Part shown: in pieces, positions 55,534 to 64,000 of the stretch
Layout: every line of letters begins with the position of its first letter
Position numbering within the stretch: the first letter of the stretch is position 1
Source of the DNA: a virus
Direction: 5' to 3' (one strand)
Virus record (IMG/VR): IMGVR_UViG_3300033149_006345
Coordinates: 1 to 64,000 of that record
Length of the DNA: 64,000 nt
Notes under the pieces: model-generated
The model's database searches: none
What the model was told of the DNA's origin: nothing
The model's input: the letters and a program-made list of their open reading frames with translations, nothing else
Program-made: the position numbers and the translations under genes

Positions 55534-58317
55534 ATGCCTATAGGCACGCCGGATATTTTAGCGAAATTCAAAGGGGATATTAGCAATTTTGAGAGGGCCA
55601 TAGTCCAAAGCTCTTTGGCTGCGGGCAAGTTTGCCGAGCAGATGGCTTCGCATAATAAGACTATGGCTGCCGAGGCTAGGCGTGCGTATCAAGCCGAGAT
55701 GCAGAAGGTTAGAGCACTTAGACAAGCTGCCGCTGCTAGAAGGAGACAAGTAGTTGCGATAGAACGGGCGACACGGGAAATACGCCGGTCTACAAAGGCT
55801 GCGGAGCAACAGAATCATTCCTTTTCCTCTTTTTCTAAGACGTTGGGTACGTCTATTACTCTTTGGTATACCGCTAGAACGGCCATTTACGCCTTTCGGA
55901 ATGCTGTTGAAGATGTCATTTCTATTTACCGCAAAGGAATTGAGGCACTAGACGAGTTCAAAACCAGCGTTATTGGCGTCTCTGCTGTAATGATTCCTTA
56001 CGTTAAGGAGGGCACTACAGCAGTTGAGAAAATGGAATTGGCATTGCGGCACAATACCGAAGCCTTCAAAGACATGGAAATTGTCGCCGCAAAGCATATT
56101 GCTACTGGTAAATCTTTGCAGATGGTTTACGAGGCTTTGGCTGTCAGTGGTGTTTTTGCCTCCAAAGAGGATATTGATAATGTAGCGAAGTTGGCTGATT
56201 TTATTACGTTGTACACCAAGGGCCAGCGCCTTGAAGTCCAATTGATACAGGAAATTAGAGGTTTGATGGATGGGCAAGTCAGGGCGCAAAATAGGTTGGC
56301 ATATACTTTAGATAGGCTTTTAGGTGGTAGTCTGAAAGAGTACGTTGAGAAATGGAAGGAAGCCGGTAGGGATCAAAAAGGACAGTTGGTTGTCTTATCC
56401 GAGATAGTCAACCGTCTTGGTAATATTGACGTTTTGCAGGGGGAAATTCTGAATACTGTTGGTGCCTGGAAGAATACTCTTATAACGATAGGCACCAGGC
56501 TCTTGCGGGAAAGTGTAGTTCAGGCGCATTCTGATATTGTTTCCCTTTTGAAGAGAGTAGTTGGTTACGTCTATGATCTTGAAACTGGTTACACGAGGCA
56601 AGGACGTATTCTACAGTCTATAATTCGAGAGGGTTGGTTGAAAATACGGGATGTTGCGGAAGGCTTTCTTGGTACAGAACTGCGGAATATAAACCAAGTG
56701 ATGGATGAGCTTTTGGCAAAGAGCCAGAAGTTTGTGTTTAATTTGGATGGAAAGAAGATTGGAGAACAATTACGGGCAGGGTTTGAAATAGCTAAAGAGG
56801 CGGTTGAAGGTCTCTTTCTGCTGGTGAAAGCATATTTGGTGTATAAAATCCCGTATTGGGCGGTGAAAGCTGGTGAAGCACTGCTAGCAGCACTTGCTGG
56901 GAGGGCAACAATTGCTGAAGTTGCTGGGTTGTGGGGTTTAGTAACTCTGGTTGTTTATGAGTTAGCAAAAGCGTATAAAGAGGCAGCCAAAGAATCGGAA
57001 ACCCTGCAACGAATAAATGAAAAGCTAGCGCCGATTTTTGAACGATTGGCGAAAGCTATGTCAAATCTTTATGGGGCCGAAGTTGGTCTTGGGGAGGGGG
57101 GTAGAACTCAATTTATTAGGAGACCAATTGCATTTCCCCGTGGTGCAAAATACCCAGAAATATTAGAACGACATGGCGCAAGGGCAATAGCCCCTCCCCC
57201 AAGCATGCGCCCCGCTGGCCCGACTTTTGTAACTCCTGATAAGTGGTTTGAAAAGTATAAAGAAGAGCTGGAAGATACAGTAAAGAAGGAAAAAGAGCTG
57301 ACTGCGGATGACTGGATTACTCGGAGAATAAAAGGACGGGAAGAAGCATTAGAAAATCTATACAAAGCACAAAAAGCACTTTGGCAACTAACGGAAAAGG
57401 AGAGAAGGCGTAGAGAGGAAATAGATAGAATAGTTGCCGAAGGAATAGAGGAAGAGAAGAAAAGAAGGCAAGAAGAATTAGATCAATATGTTTCTGATTT
57501 AGGGGAATATCTTGCCCAGCAAGCTAAATTGGCAGAAGAAAGAGCTAGCCTACAGAAAACTTGGCATTTGGAAGTTATACGTCTTACTAAAGGTGAACTG
57601 GAAGCCAAAAAGGAGGCATTGAAGGAAGAAGAGGAGGCTATTAGGGAGAAGTTTGGCAATGATTTGGAGCTATTAAAGTTATACCATAAGTACAGAGATA
57701 AACTTTTAGAGGAGGAAGTTAGGAAGGATCAGTTAGCCAAAGCTGAAATGCTGTCTAATACCTTCAGCAATTTATCTGAGACTTTTAGGTTGCAGGGGCA
57801 ATATAGCAAAAAGTGGTTTAGGATGCACCAAGCTATGGCCGTCTCTCAAATTATAGTCGATACCTCCAGGGCAATTATGGCTACCTTAGCCAAAGAAGGC
57901 TGGTGGGCTTATGCTTTAGCTGGCTCAATTGCTGCATTGGGTGCAGCACAAATTGCTACCGTTTTACGACAAGAGCCACCGACTGTTACCGGTTTGGCAG
58001 AGGGTGGTGTTAGTCCTGGTGGTTTTAAGTCTTTGGCAGAGACGGTGCTTTCCAAACCAACGTATGTTGTTGCTGAAAGACAAGGTAGACCTGAGGCTGT
58101 GGTTCCATTGGACAAATATGATATATCGAGGAAAGGTAAAGGCGGCGGTGCCGTTGTTGTTGGAGATAGATATCAAGTGACTATTATGGCTGTTGACGCA
58201 AAGTCGCTGTGGGATATGTATACCAGAAACCGCCCTGTATTTGAGGGTATGATTGTTGAAATGTTGAGAAGTGGCAAGTCCAATGTGAAGGCAGCGGCCC
58301 GAAGTGCTGTGAGGTAA
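55534..58317 (+). CDS. Tail tape measure protein
   Basis: 927-aa helical Ala/Glu/Lys-rich ORF; C-terminal GLAEGG...GRPEAVVPL. Confidence 0.9.
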   Translation: MPIGTPDILAKFKGDISNFERAIVQSSLAAGKFAEQMASHNKTMAAEARRAYQAEMQKVRALRQAAAARRRQVVAIERATREIRRSTKAAEQQNHSFSSFSKTLGTSITLWYTARTAIYAFRNAVEDVISIYRKGIEALDEFKTSVIGVSAVMIPYVKEGTTAVEKMELALRHNTEAFKDMEIVAAKHIATGKSLQMVYEALAVSGVFASKEDIDNVAKLADFITLYTKGQRLEVQLIQEIRGLMDGQVRAQNRLAYTLDRLLGGSLKEYVEKWKEAGRDQKGQLVVLSEIVNRLGNIDVLQGEILNTVGAWKNTLITIGTRLLRESVVQAHSDIVSLLKRVVGYVYDLETGYTRQGRILQSIIREGWLKIRDVAEGFLGTELRNINQVMDELLAKSQKFVFNLDGKKIGEQLRAGFEIAKEAVEGLFLLVKAYLVYKIPYWAVKAGEALLAALAGRATIAEVAGLWGLVTLVVYELAKAYKEAAKESETLQRINEKLAPIFERLAKAMSNLYGAEVGLGEGGRTQFIRRPIAFPRGAKYPEILERHGARAIAPPPSMRPAGPTFVTPDKWFEKYKEELEDTVKKEKELTADDWITRRIKGREEALENLYKAQKALWQLTEKERRRREEIDRIVAEGIEEEKKRRQEELDQYVSDLGEYLAQQAKLAEERASLQKTWHLEVIRLTKGELEAKKEALKEEEEAIREKFGNDLELLKLYHKYRDKLLEEEVRKDQLAKAEMLSNTFSNLSETFRLQGQYSKKWFRMHQAMAVSQIIVDTSRAIMATLAKEGWWAYALAGSIAALGAAQIATVLRQEPPTVTGLAEGGVSPGGFKSLAETVLSKPTYVVAERQGRPEAVVPLDKYDISRKGKGGGAVVVGDRYQVTIMAVDAKSLWDMYTRNRPVFEGMIVEMLRSGKSNVKAAARSAVR

Positions 58318-58332
58318 ATAGGGGGAAACACT

Positions 58333-58914
58333 ATGGCAAAGTTTCCTGAAGCTGATACCATAGATTTTGTAGCACCTTTGACGATTGTTACTAGGTATTC
58401 GACTGTAGTCAGTCAGCTTCCTGGTGGAACGGAGAAGAGACGAGCTAAATTCACCTATCCGCTGTATGATTTGCAGGTGAAATACGATACTCTTTCTTTA
58501 GCTACTGCTAGAACCCTTTGGCAGTTTTATAAGGATAGGTATGGTGCTCTTCAGAGCTTTTATTTCTATAATCCTGCAACGGATTCTTATGAGGGAGAAT
58601 ATTGTGGGACTGGCAATGGTTCAGCTTTAACTTTTGACATTCCTGGAAAGAATACTTCTTCTCAATCAGTATATGTTAATGGTGTATTGAAGACCGAGGG
58701 AGTTCATTATAATATCGAGACCGGTTCCGGTGCTGAAGGTGCCGACAGGATTGTTTTTACGGCTGGTAATGCTCCAGCATCGGGCAATGTGGTAACTGTA
58801 GATTTCACAGGTAACTACAGGTATAAAGTGCGTTTTGCTGAAGACAAATATACCTTCAGCCAATTTTATAGAGCTTTGGTTTCTGTTGGTATAGCTTTGG
58901 TGGGTGTGCGATGA
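58333..58914 (+). CDS. Distal tail protein (DUF2460-like)
   Basis: GTEKRRA, F...R.G...SFYF, GTGNG...F, VRFAED. Confidence 0.8.
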   Translation: MAKFPEADTIDFVAPLTIVTRYSTVVSQLPGGTEKRRAKFTYPLYDLQVKYDTLSLATARTLWQFYKDRYGALQSFYFYNPATDSYEGEYCGTGNGSALTFDIPGKNTSSQSVYVNGVLKTEGVHYNIETGSGAEGADRIVFTAGNAPASGNVVTVDFTGNYRYKVRFAEDKYTFSQFYRALVSVGIALVGVR

Positions 58915-59531
58915 GATCTTGGCCATCTTCTTTCATAAATGAACTGCGAGCAGAGGTTAGTCGTGTTTTTGTCTTGGCAAGATTTTCATTTACCTCTGTT
59001 TACAGGGTAACGGATGCGGATAGACCTCTCTATTATAATGGGGAGGAATACACCCCTTTGGCGATGTCCGTGTCTGATGTAACCTATACCCAAGAGTCAC
59101 TTTTGGAATCGGTTACTTTGGAACTGGATAATGCTTCTTTGGAGCAAGTTCCTCGTTTTAATTCAGAAGATGTAAATGGAACCCAAGTTATCATCTATAT
59201 GCAGGCTCTAAATTCAAGCGGCTCAGCAATTGCAACTGTAACTTTGTTTGTTGGCTATATCGATGGTTGGTCTTTGGATGAAACTAGAGTTTCTGTTAGA
59301 CTCAGGTCAGAAGCTTCTCGTTTTGACCAAATGACGCTTCCAAGATATACTCCATCTTGTCGGTGGGTGTTTAAGAGTAGCAGGTGTGGTTATTCTGGGG
59401 GTGCCTCTTGGTGCGATCATAGTTATACCAGATGCAAAGCATTGAATAATGAAATAAACTTTATGGGTTTTCCTGAATTGACTGATTTGGAGACTGTGGA
59501 CATCTGGTGGGGTAGGCAACGTGGAGAGTAG
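58911..59531 (+). CDS. Tail tip protein, lambda gpL/DUF2163-like
   Basis: CRWVFKSSRCGYSG...CDHSYTRC...NF.GFP Cys motif. Confidence 0.8.
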   Translation: MRSWPSSFINELRAEVSRVFVLARFSFTSVYRVTDADRPLYYNGEEYTPLAMSVSDVTYTQESLLESVTLELDNASLEQVPRFNSEDVNGTQVIIYMQALNSSGSAIATVTLFVGYIDGWSLDETRVSVRLRSEASRFDQMTLPRYTPSCRWVFKSSRCGYSGGASWCDHSYTRCKALNNEINFMGFPELTDLETVDIWWGRQRGE

Positions 59532-59976
59532 AGCAAGAATTATAGATTCTATGTTAGAGATTCCATATAAACTTGGTAGTTGGAATCCAGAGGAGGGATT
59601 GGACTGTTTTACTTTTCTGGTTGAATACGGTCGTCGCTGTGGTATAATTGAGTTAGGGGATGCGGAATACCGTATCAAATATGCTGCTAGTAAAGGTTTA
59701 GATCTGTCTAAGTATCCCTACTACTTTAAGCATAAGACATCTTTTGCAATGGAAGTTTTTAGATCGTTTGTACAGGATTATACTGAGGAAGTCGGACTAA
59801 AGAATATAGAGTGTGGTGATATTATTGTTGCAGGCTACTCTGGGCCGGACTTTGATTTCTATTTTTTGATCTACGGTGGCAACTCGGTTTGTTTTGGTAT
59901 GTTTGAAGAGGGCGTCACAGCAATCAATATGTCAATGGTGGATGTTAGAGAGGTAAGGCGATGGGTGGTACCGTAG
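59521..59976 (+). CDS. NlpC/P60-like tail protein (lambda gpK-like)
   Basis: PYKLG.....GLDC, GDII; catalytic His position appears replaced. Confidence 0.65.
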   Translation: MESRARIIDSMLEIPYKLGSWNPEEGLDCFTFLVEYGRRCGIIELGDAEYRIKYAASKGLDLSKYPYYFKHKTSFAMEVFRSFVQDYTEEVGLKNIECGDIIVAGYSGPDFDFYFLIYGGNSVCFGMFEEGVTAINMSMVDVREVRRWVVP

Positions 59977-62900
59977 AGAAAGTAGTTGAACCTATCACTA
60001 AAATAGTCGAGCCTGTTGTAGAAGTTGTTAGTGAAGTATTAGAGCCTGTTACAGAAGTCGTTAGCGATGTGTTTGGGACTGATGCTGGTGTGCTGTTATC
60101 TGGAGCTGCTCTTGGTTTTTCTGTTTTTACTGCTTTTGTTGATACGCCCATAAAAGCATTTACTTGGAAATTGTGGGCTGGGGCTGCGGGAGCGGCTGTT
60201 GCTGGTGCTGCTGTTACATATGGTATGTATAAAGGGATGTCGGACATTGCTGATGTTCGAGGAATGGATTCATCCGCTTTTATAGCAGAACAAAAAGGAA
60301 TAAAAGCAAACTTACGTGGCTCGCAAGCTGTAATTCCTATTGTTTATGGTACCCAACGTGTTGGTGGCAATCTCTTGTTTGTTGGTACCTCTGGGGAAAA
60401 CAATAAATATTTGTGGTTGGTATATGGTCTTTGTCATGGTGAAATAGAGGGCTTTGCCCAAGAGGGTGGTACGGATGCTCTCTATTTAGACGACAAATTG
60501 TATACCGAATATGGTGGAAAGGTTTCCTATTGGTTGTACAGAGGAACTTCTAATCAAGGGGTAGATACTCATTTATCTAGTGTTTTCTCTTCATGGGATA
60601 GAGCCTATCGTGGTTTGGCTTATATTGTTATTCGGCTGGAATATGATGAAAAATATTTTACACATATACCTACGGTCAACTGTGTCATAAAGGGGCGCAA
60701 ATTATATGACCCTAGAAATGGTACAACAGGCTATAGTGAAAATGCAGCATTGGCTTTATGGGATTTTCTTACTAATAATTTATACGGGCCGAATCTGGAT
60801 TCTTCTCGTCTTGATGCTACCTCCTTTGGGAATACTGCAACTTACTTTGAGACTACGAAAGGTTGGTCCTTCAATAGAACTTATATAGGAGAACGTAGTG
60901 TAAAAGAAATTATTGATGATATGTTGTTCCATATGCGGGGCTATCTGGTTTGGGGTACGGATAGGAAATATTACCTCCGTTATATGGATCTCAATTATGA
61001 ATCAAGTGTGATGTCTCTTTCGGATGAGGAAAATATTGTTGATGGTTCTCACAGCGTCTCTGATAGCGGTCGGTCTTCTTATTATAATAGTGCCAAGGTT
61101 AATTGGGTTGATGCTGGGAGAAACTATACCTCGGATGCCTTCTACATAACCGAAAGCTCTGTGACTAATGAAGGGGATAGGGTTACCTTAAATGTTGATC
61201 TTCCCGGCTGTATAGACAAAGAAATGGCCAGGGAATTGGGGACATACTACCTGGAGGTCTCTAGGCTAACTAGAACATATAGTATTACTTGCCTGGATGA
61301 AGCTGCCAAATTAGAACCTGGTGATATTGTAACTGTAACCACGGATGTGTTTGGTTGGAACAATCGGCTTTGCCGAGTAATAAACTCCTCAATAAAACCC
61401 AATGGCGAAGTGGCCCTTACTTTGAGGGAGGAAAGTACGAATCTATACGATGCGGATTTGGATTATTCGACTGATTCTGGTCCGTATATTACTCCGCCAG
61501 ATCCGATAGCATTGTCTGCGGTGACAAATGTTAGTGTCGTGGAACAAACAGCCCAGCGTGGAGATGGTTCTTTTAATGTCAGTCTGCGGGTTACCTTTAC
61601 CGCCCCTTCGGACATATATTGGGAGTATGGTGAAATATGGCTTAGTACTGATGATGTAAACTATCGCTATATTGGTAATGCTTATGGAAATCCGGGTTCT
61701 ACTGTGATTTATGATATATCGGCGGAGCAGGCATTAGTTACCCCCAATGATATTGCCTATGTTAAAATATTATCGCATAATATGAATGGTCCTACCCAGG
61801 AACTTGGGGATGTCCCTGCTTACAGTACAAGTGGAACTATTTCTTATCCAATCTATCTATACGCTTTAGGTAGTGGAACTCCTGATAATAATCCAAATAA
61901 TGGTATTGTTTGGCAGGCGGGTGACACACCAGGTGTAACTGTTTACGAAGGTGCCAATCTTAGGGTCAGATTGGGGTACCTTGCTGATGATATATATGGT
62001 CTTCTTGGATATGCTGGAGACGGGACCACTCGTATATTTGAATTGTCTAATAATCAACAAATGATAGCCGGGTGGACATTTGATAACGAGAAGTTTACAT
62101 CACCATCTGGAAGTTTTACCATTGATTCTACTGTTCCATCTTTATATATGGGCAACGCCACAGACTACATGACCGGCACCGGTATATGGATGGGCAATGA
62201 CGGCGGTACGTATAAGGCCCACATGGGTGATCCATCAGGGGATCATTTGAAGTGGGATGGATCGAACCTATACGTTACAGGGTACTTTGTCGGTAGTAGC
62301 GATATTGATACTACTATTTCTGACACCTTCACCATAAATGCTGACCGTGACGACGTAACCACCAGCTTGGTGCTGGGCAGAACCACAGGTGGCGACGCTA
62401 CGATAAGTTGGGATGGCAGTGAGCTGACGACTGATATCAATGTAGATGTTGACGGTAGTCTGGATCAGATCGCCACCAAAGAGTACGTGGATTATTCCGT
62501 AACCAGCCTCGGAGCGTCGTACTATATGCTGGATACAGCCTCCGGCGTCAGCGATTATAAGCTGTGTTCGCTTACTCCATCTTCCGATGCAGAAACATAT
62601 CTGGAAGCATCTGGTTTGGCAGATGGTGATTATATCGGTGGCTGGATTTCCCCTGATGGGGAAGCTCCAAATGTACTGCTGACGGGTACATTCAACTTCT
62701 ATCTCGTTGCTGAAAAGACCACAGGTACAAAGACTCTGAAGTTGTACTGGAAGATGTACGAGAGGAAGTCGGATACGACTGAAGTGTTGATCGGCACCTC
62801 TTCCACCAGCATAGAGGTAACCAACAGCAAGGATGCTTTTGTTATCCCTTTGACGCTTACCTCTGATTATATACCAGACAGCCTTTCAAGGATTGTGGGT

Positions 62901-64000
62901 AAGATATACGCTTCCGTGACTGGTAGTGGCAATGCGCCTACGGTGCGAATTTATTACCGTGGCGATACCGGATCACGGTGGGATATACCTGCCAATAGCG
63001 AAGTTTTCAAGAATATCTTCGTGCCGTACAGCGGTGCGGTGCAAGATGTGGATTTAGGAAGTTACGATATAAAGGCGACGATGGCTGAGTTTACTGGTTT
63101 GGCCGCTGGTTCCGCCACCATATCCGGCAATGTGGATATAACCAGCGGTGGTGATCTCACAGTTGGCTCCAACATATTCTTCGTCGATGCCTCACAGAGC
63201 AACGTGGGTATAAACTGTGCCCCTGACGCTCAGTTTGACTTGGACGTAGCTGGCAACTTGCGTGCCCAGGGTTGGATAGTTGGCAAGCATGCCATTCAGC
63301 TATCTGGGGCATTGATGATATGTCATTTTGATGGCCCTGAGCCGTATGAAACGGATTACACTGGTAACCCCACAGGGCATATGGGTCAGGTAGCAACTGT
63401 GAGCGGTGGTGTGATATACCGACCTGGGAAGTTTGGAAAGGCGGTGCAGATTGCTGAGGCGACGACTAATTATATTGGCAACCCACAAGCGGAAAATGAC
63501 CTTGGGTGGTGGGAGACTGTAGATACTGGCGTTACTCGAAGCACAGACAGACCATATATCGGCTCTGCATGTTTCCGATTTGAAGATGATGGAACAGACT
63601 ATGTTAATTTAGTTTCTCCAACAATCTCGACTAGTGGTGAACAAGACTGGACATTTTCATTATGGTATCGAGTAGATAATGGGGATTGGCAACAGTTTAC
63701 TCGTTCGGTTACTACTTCAACTGGAGCAACATGGATCAAATTTAATATTTACCGAGCGCAAAGTAATGGTAATCTAGCTTTACGGGTTGACGACTCAAAC
63801 GGCAGACTGATTGAGGTTGCAATTGCTACTGGTGGCACTTACTACTATGTGGATGCATGCCAAGCTGAGCAGAAAGCATACCCTACACCATATTGTTGTG
63901 GTGATTTGGGTGATGGTCATAGCTGGAGCGGTACTCCCCATGCGAGCACTAGCAGTAGGACTCAAGGATTACTTTATTACGACAATGTGGGTTTGTCCGA
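59961..64000 (+). CDS. Central tail tip / host-specificity protein (gpJ-like), runs off the window end
   Basis: ATG 59961; IPIVYGTQRVGG, LCHGEIEG, GLAYIVIRL, KGRKLYDPR, LEPGD; frame spot-checked as consistent at 62160 and 63960; absent from the ORF track, consistent with no stop in the window. Confidence 0.88.
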   Translation, partial: MGGTVEKVVEPITKIVEPVVEVVSEVLEPVTEVVSDVFGTDAGVLLSGAALGFSVFTAFVDTPIKAFTWKLWAGAAGAAVAGAAVTYGMYKGMSDIADVRGMDSSAFIAEQKGIKANLRGSQAVIPIVYGTQRVGGNLLFVGTSGENNKYLWLVYGLCHGEIEGFAQEGGTDALYLDDKLYTEYGGKVSYWLYRGTSNQGVDTHLSSVFSSWDRAYRGLAYIVIRLEYDEKYFTHIPTVNCVIKGRKLYDPRNGTTGYSENAALALWDFLTNNLYGPNLDSSRLDATSFGNTATYFETTKGWSFNRTYIGERSVKEIIDDMLFHMRGYLVWGTDRKYYLRYMDLNYESSVMSLSDEENIVDGSHSVSDSGRSSYYNSAKVNWVDAGRNYTSDAFYITESSVTNEGDRVTLNVDLPGCIDKEMARELGTYYLEVSRLTRTYSITCLDEAAKLEPGDIVTVTTDVFGWNNRLCRVINSSIKPNGEVALTLREESTNLYDADLDYSTDSGPYITPPDPIALSAVTNVSVVEQTAQRGDGSFNVSLRVTFTAPSDIYWEYGEIWLSTDDVNYRYIGNAYGNPGSTVIYDISAEQALVTPNDIAYVKILSHNMNGPTQELGDVPAYSTSGTISYPIYLYALGSGTPDNNPNNGIVWQAGDTPGVTVYEGANLRVRLGYLADDIYGLLGYAGDGTTRIFELSNNQQMIAGWTFDNEKFTSPSGSFTIDSTVPSLYMGNATDYMTGTGIWMGNDGGTYKAHMGDPSGDHLKWDGSNLYVTGYFVGSSDIDTTISDTFTINADRDDVTTSLVLGRTTGGDATISWDGSELTTDINVDVDGSLDQIATKEYVDYSVTSLGASYYMLDTASGVSDYKLCSLTPSSDAETYLEASGLADGDYIGGWISPDGEAPNVLLTGTFNFYLVAEKTTGTKTLKLYWKMYERKSDTTEVLIGTSSTSIEVTNSKDAFVIPLTLTSDYIPDSLSRIVGKIYASVTGSGNAPTVRIYYRGDTGSRWDIPANSEVFKNIFVPYSGAVQDVDLGSYDIKATMAEFTGLAAGSATISGNVDITSGGDLTVGSNIFFVDASQSNVGINCAPDAQFDLDVAGNLRAQGWIVGKHAIQLSGALMICHFDGPEPYETDYTGNPTGHMGQVATVSGGVIYRPGKFGKAVQIAEATTNYIGNPQAENDLGWWETVDTGVTRSTDRPYIGSACFRFEDDGTDYVNLVSPTISTSGEQDWTFSLWYRVDNGDWQQFTRSVTTSTGATWIKFNIYRAQSNGNLALRVDDSNGRLIEVAIATGGTYYYVDACQAEQKAYPTPYCCGDLGDGHSWSGTPHASTSSRTQGLLYYDNVGLS

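Larger units (their letters stand above)
1..64000. mobile_element. Segment of a tailed dsDNA bacteriophage genome (siphovirus-like Caudoviricetes)
   Basis: Colinear terS-terL-portal-protease-major capsid-neck-tail tube-chaperones-tape measure-tail tip genes; many small ORFans; no host housekeeping genes. Confidence 0.97.

Overview
This 64-kb window is an internal segment of a tailed dsDNA bacteriophage (siphovirus-type: HK97-fold capsid, tail tube, tape measure, lambda L/K/J-like tip). Signals are bacterial (sigma70 promoters, Shine-Dalgarno sites). No integrase, lysis, tRNA or CRISPR genes were seen. Layout: (1) 1-7.7 kb, a leftward operon with an orphan HigA antitoxin, a Ycf46-type AAA ATPase/DUF2997/DUF1257/DUF3150 module and a very acidic multi-HeH protein. 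(2) 8.2-13.9 kb, rightward early-type small genes behind near-consensus promoters, interrupted by a palindrome-dense island that may be transcribed as an ncRNA. (3) 14.0-15.6 kb, a non-coding region closed by two converging terminators, holding GT-rich microrepeats and six 55-57 bp tandem repeats. (4) 15.7-27.1 kb, leftward nucleotide-metabolism and replication genes: macro-SLOG fusion, MT-A70 methylase, thymidylate-synthase homolog, DUF1599, and a lambda-O-like initiator with iterons. (5) 27.2-64 kb, the rightward morphogenesis operon. The standout is a ~16-kb cassette between the capsid and head-tail connector genes encoding 13 predicted glycosyltransferases, 3 methyltransferases (one fused to a kinase-like domain) and a sulfotransferase-like protein. 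It has no flippase, membrane or sugar-synthesis genes, so it is a candidate virion glycan-coat assembly line. Its first glycosyltransferase has no start codon and may be made by a -1 frameshift from the small upstream gene. All family assignments are by motif recognition only; no database searches were run.
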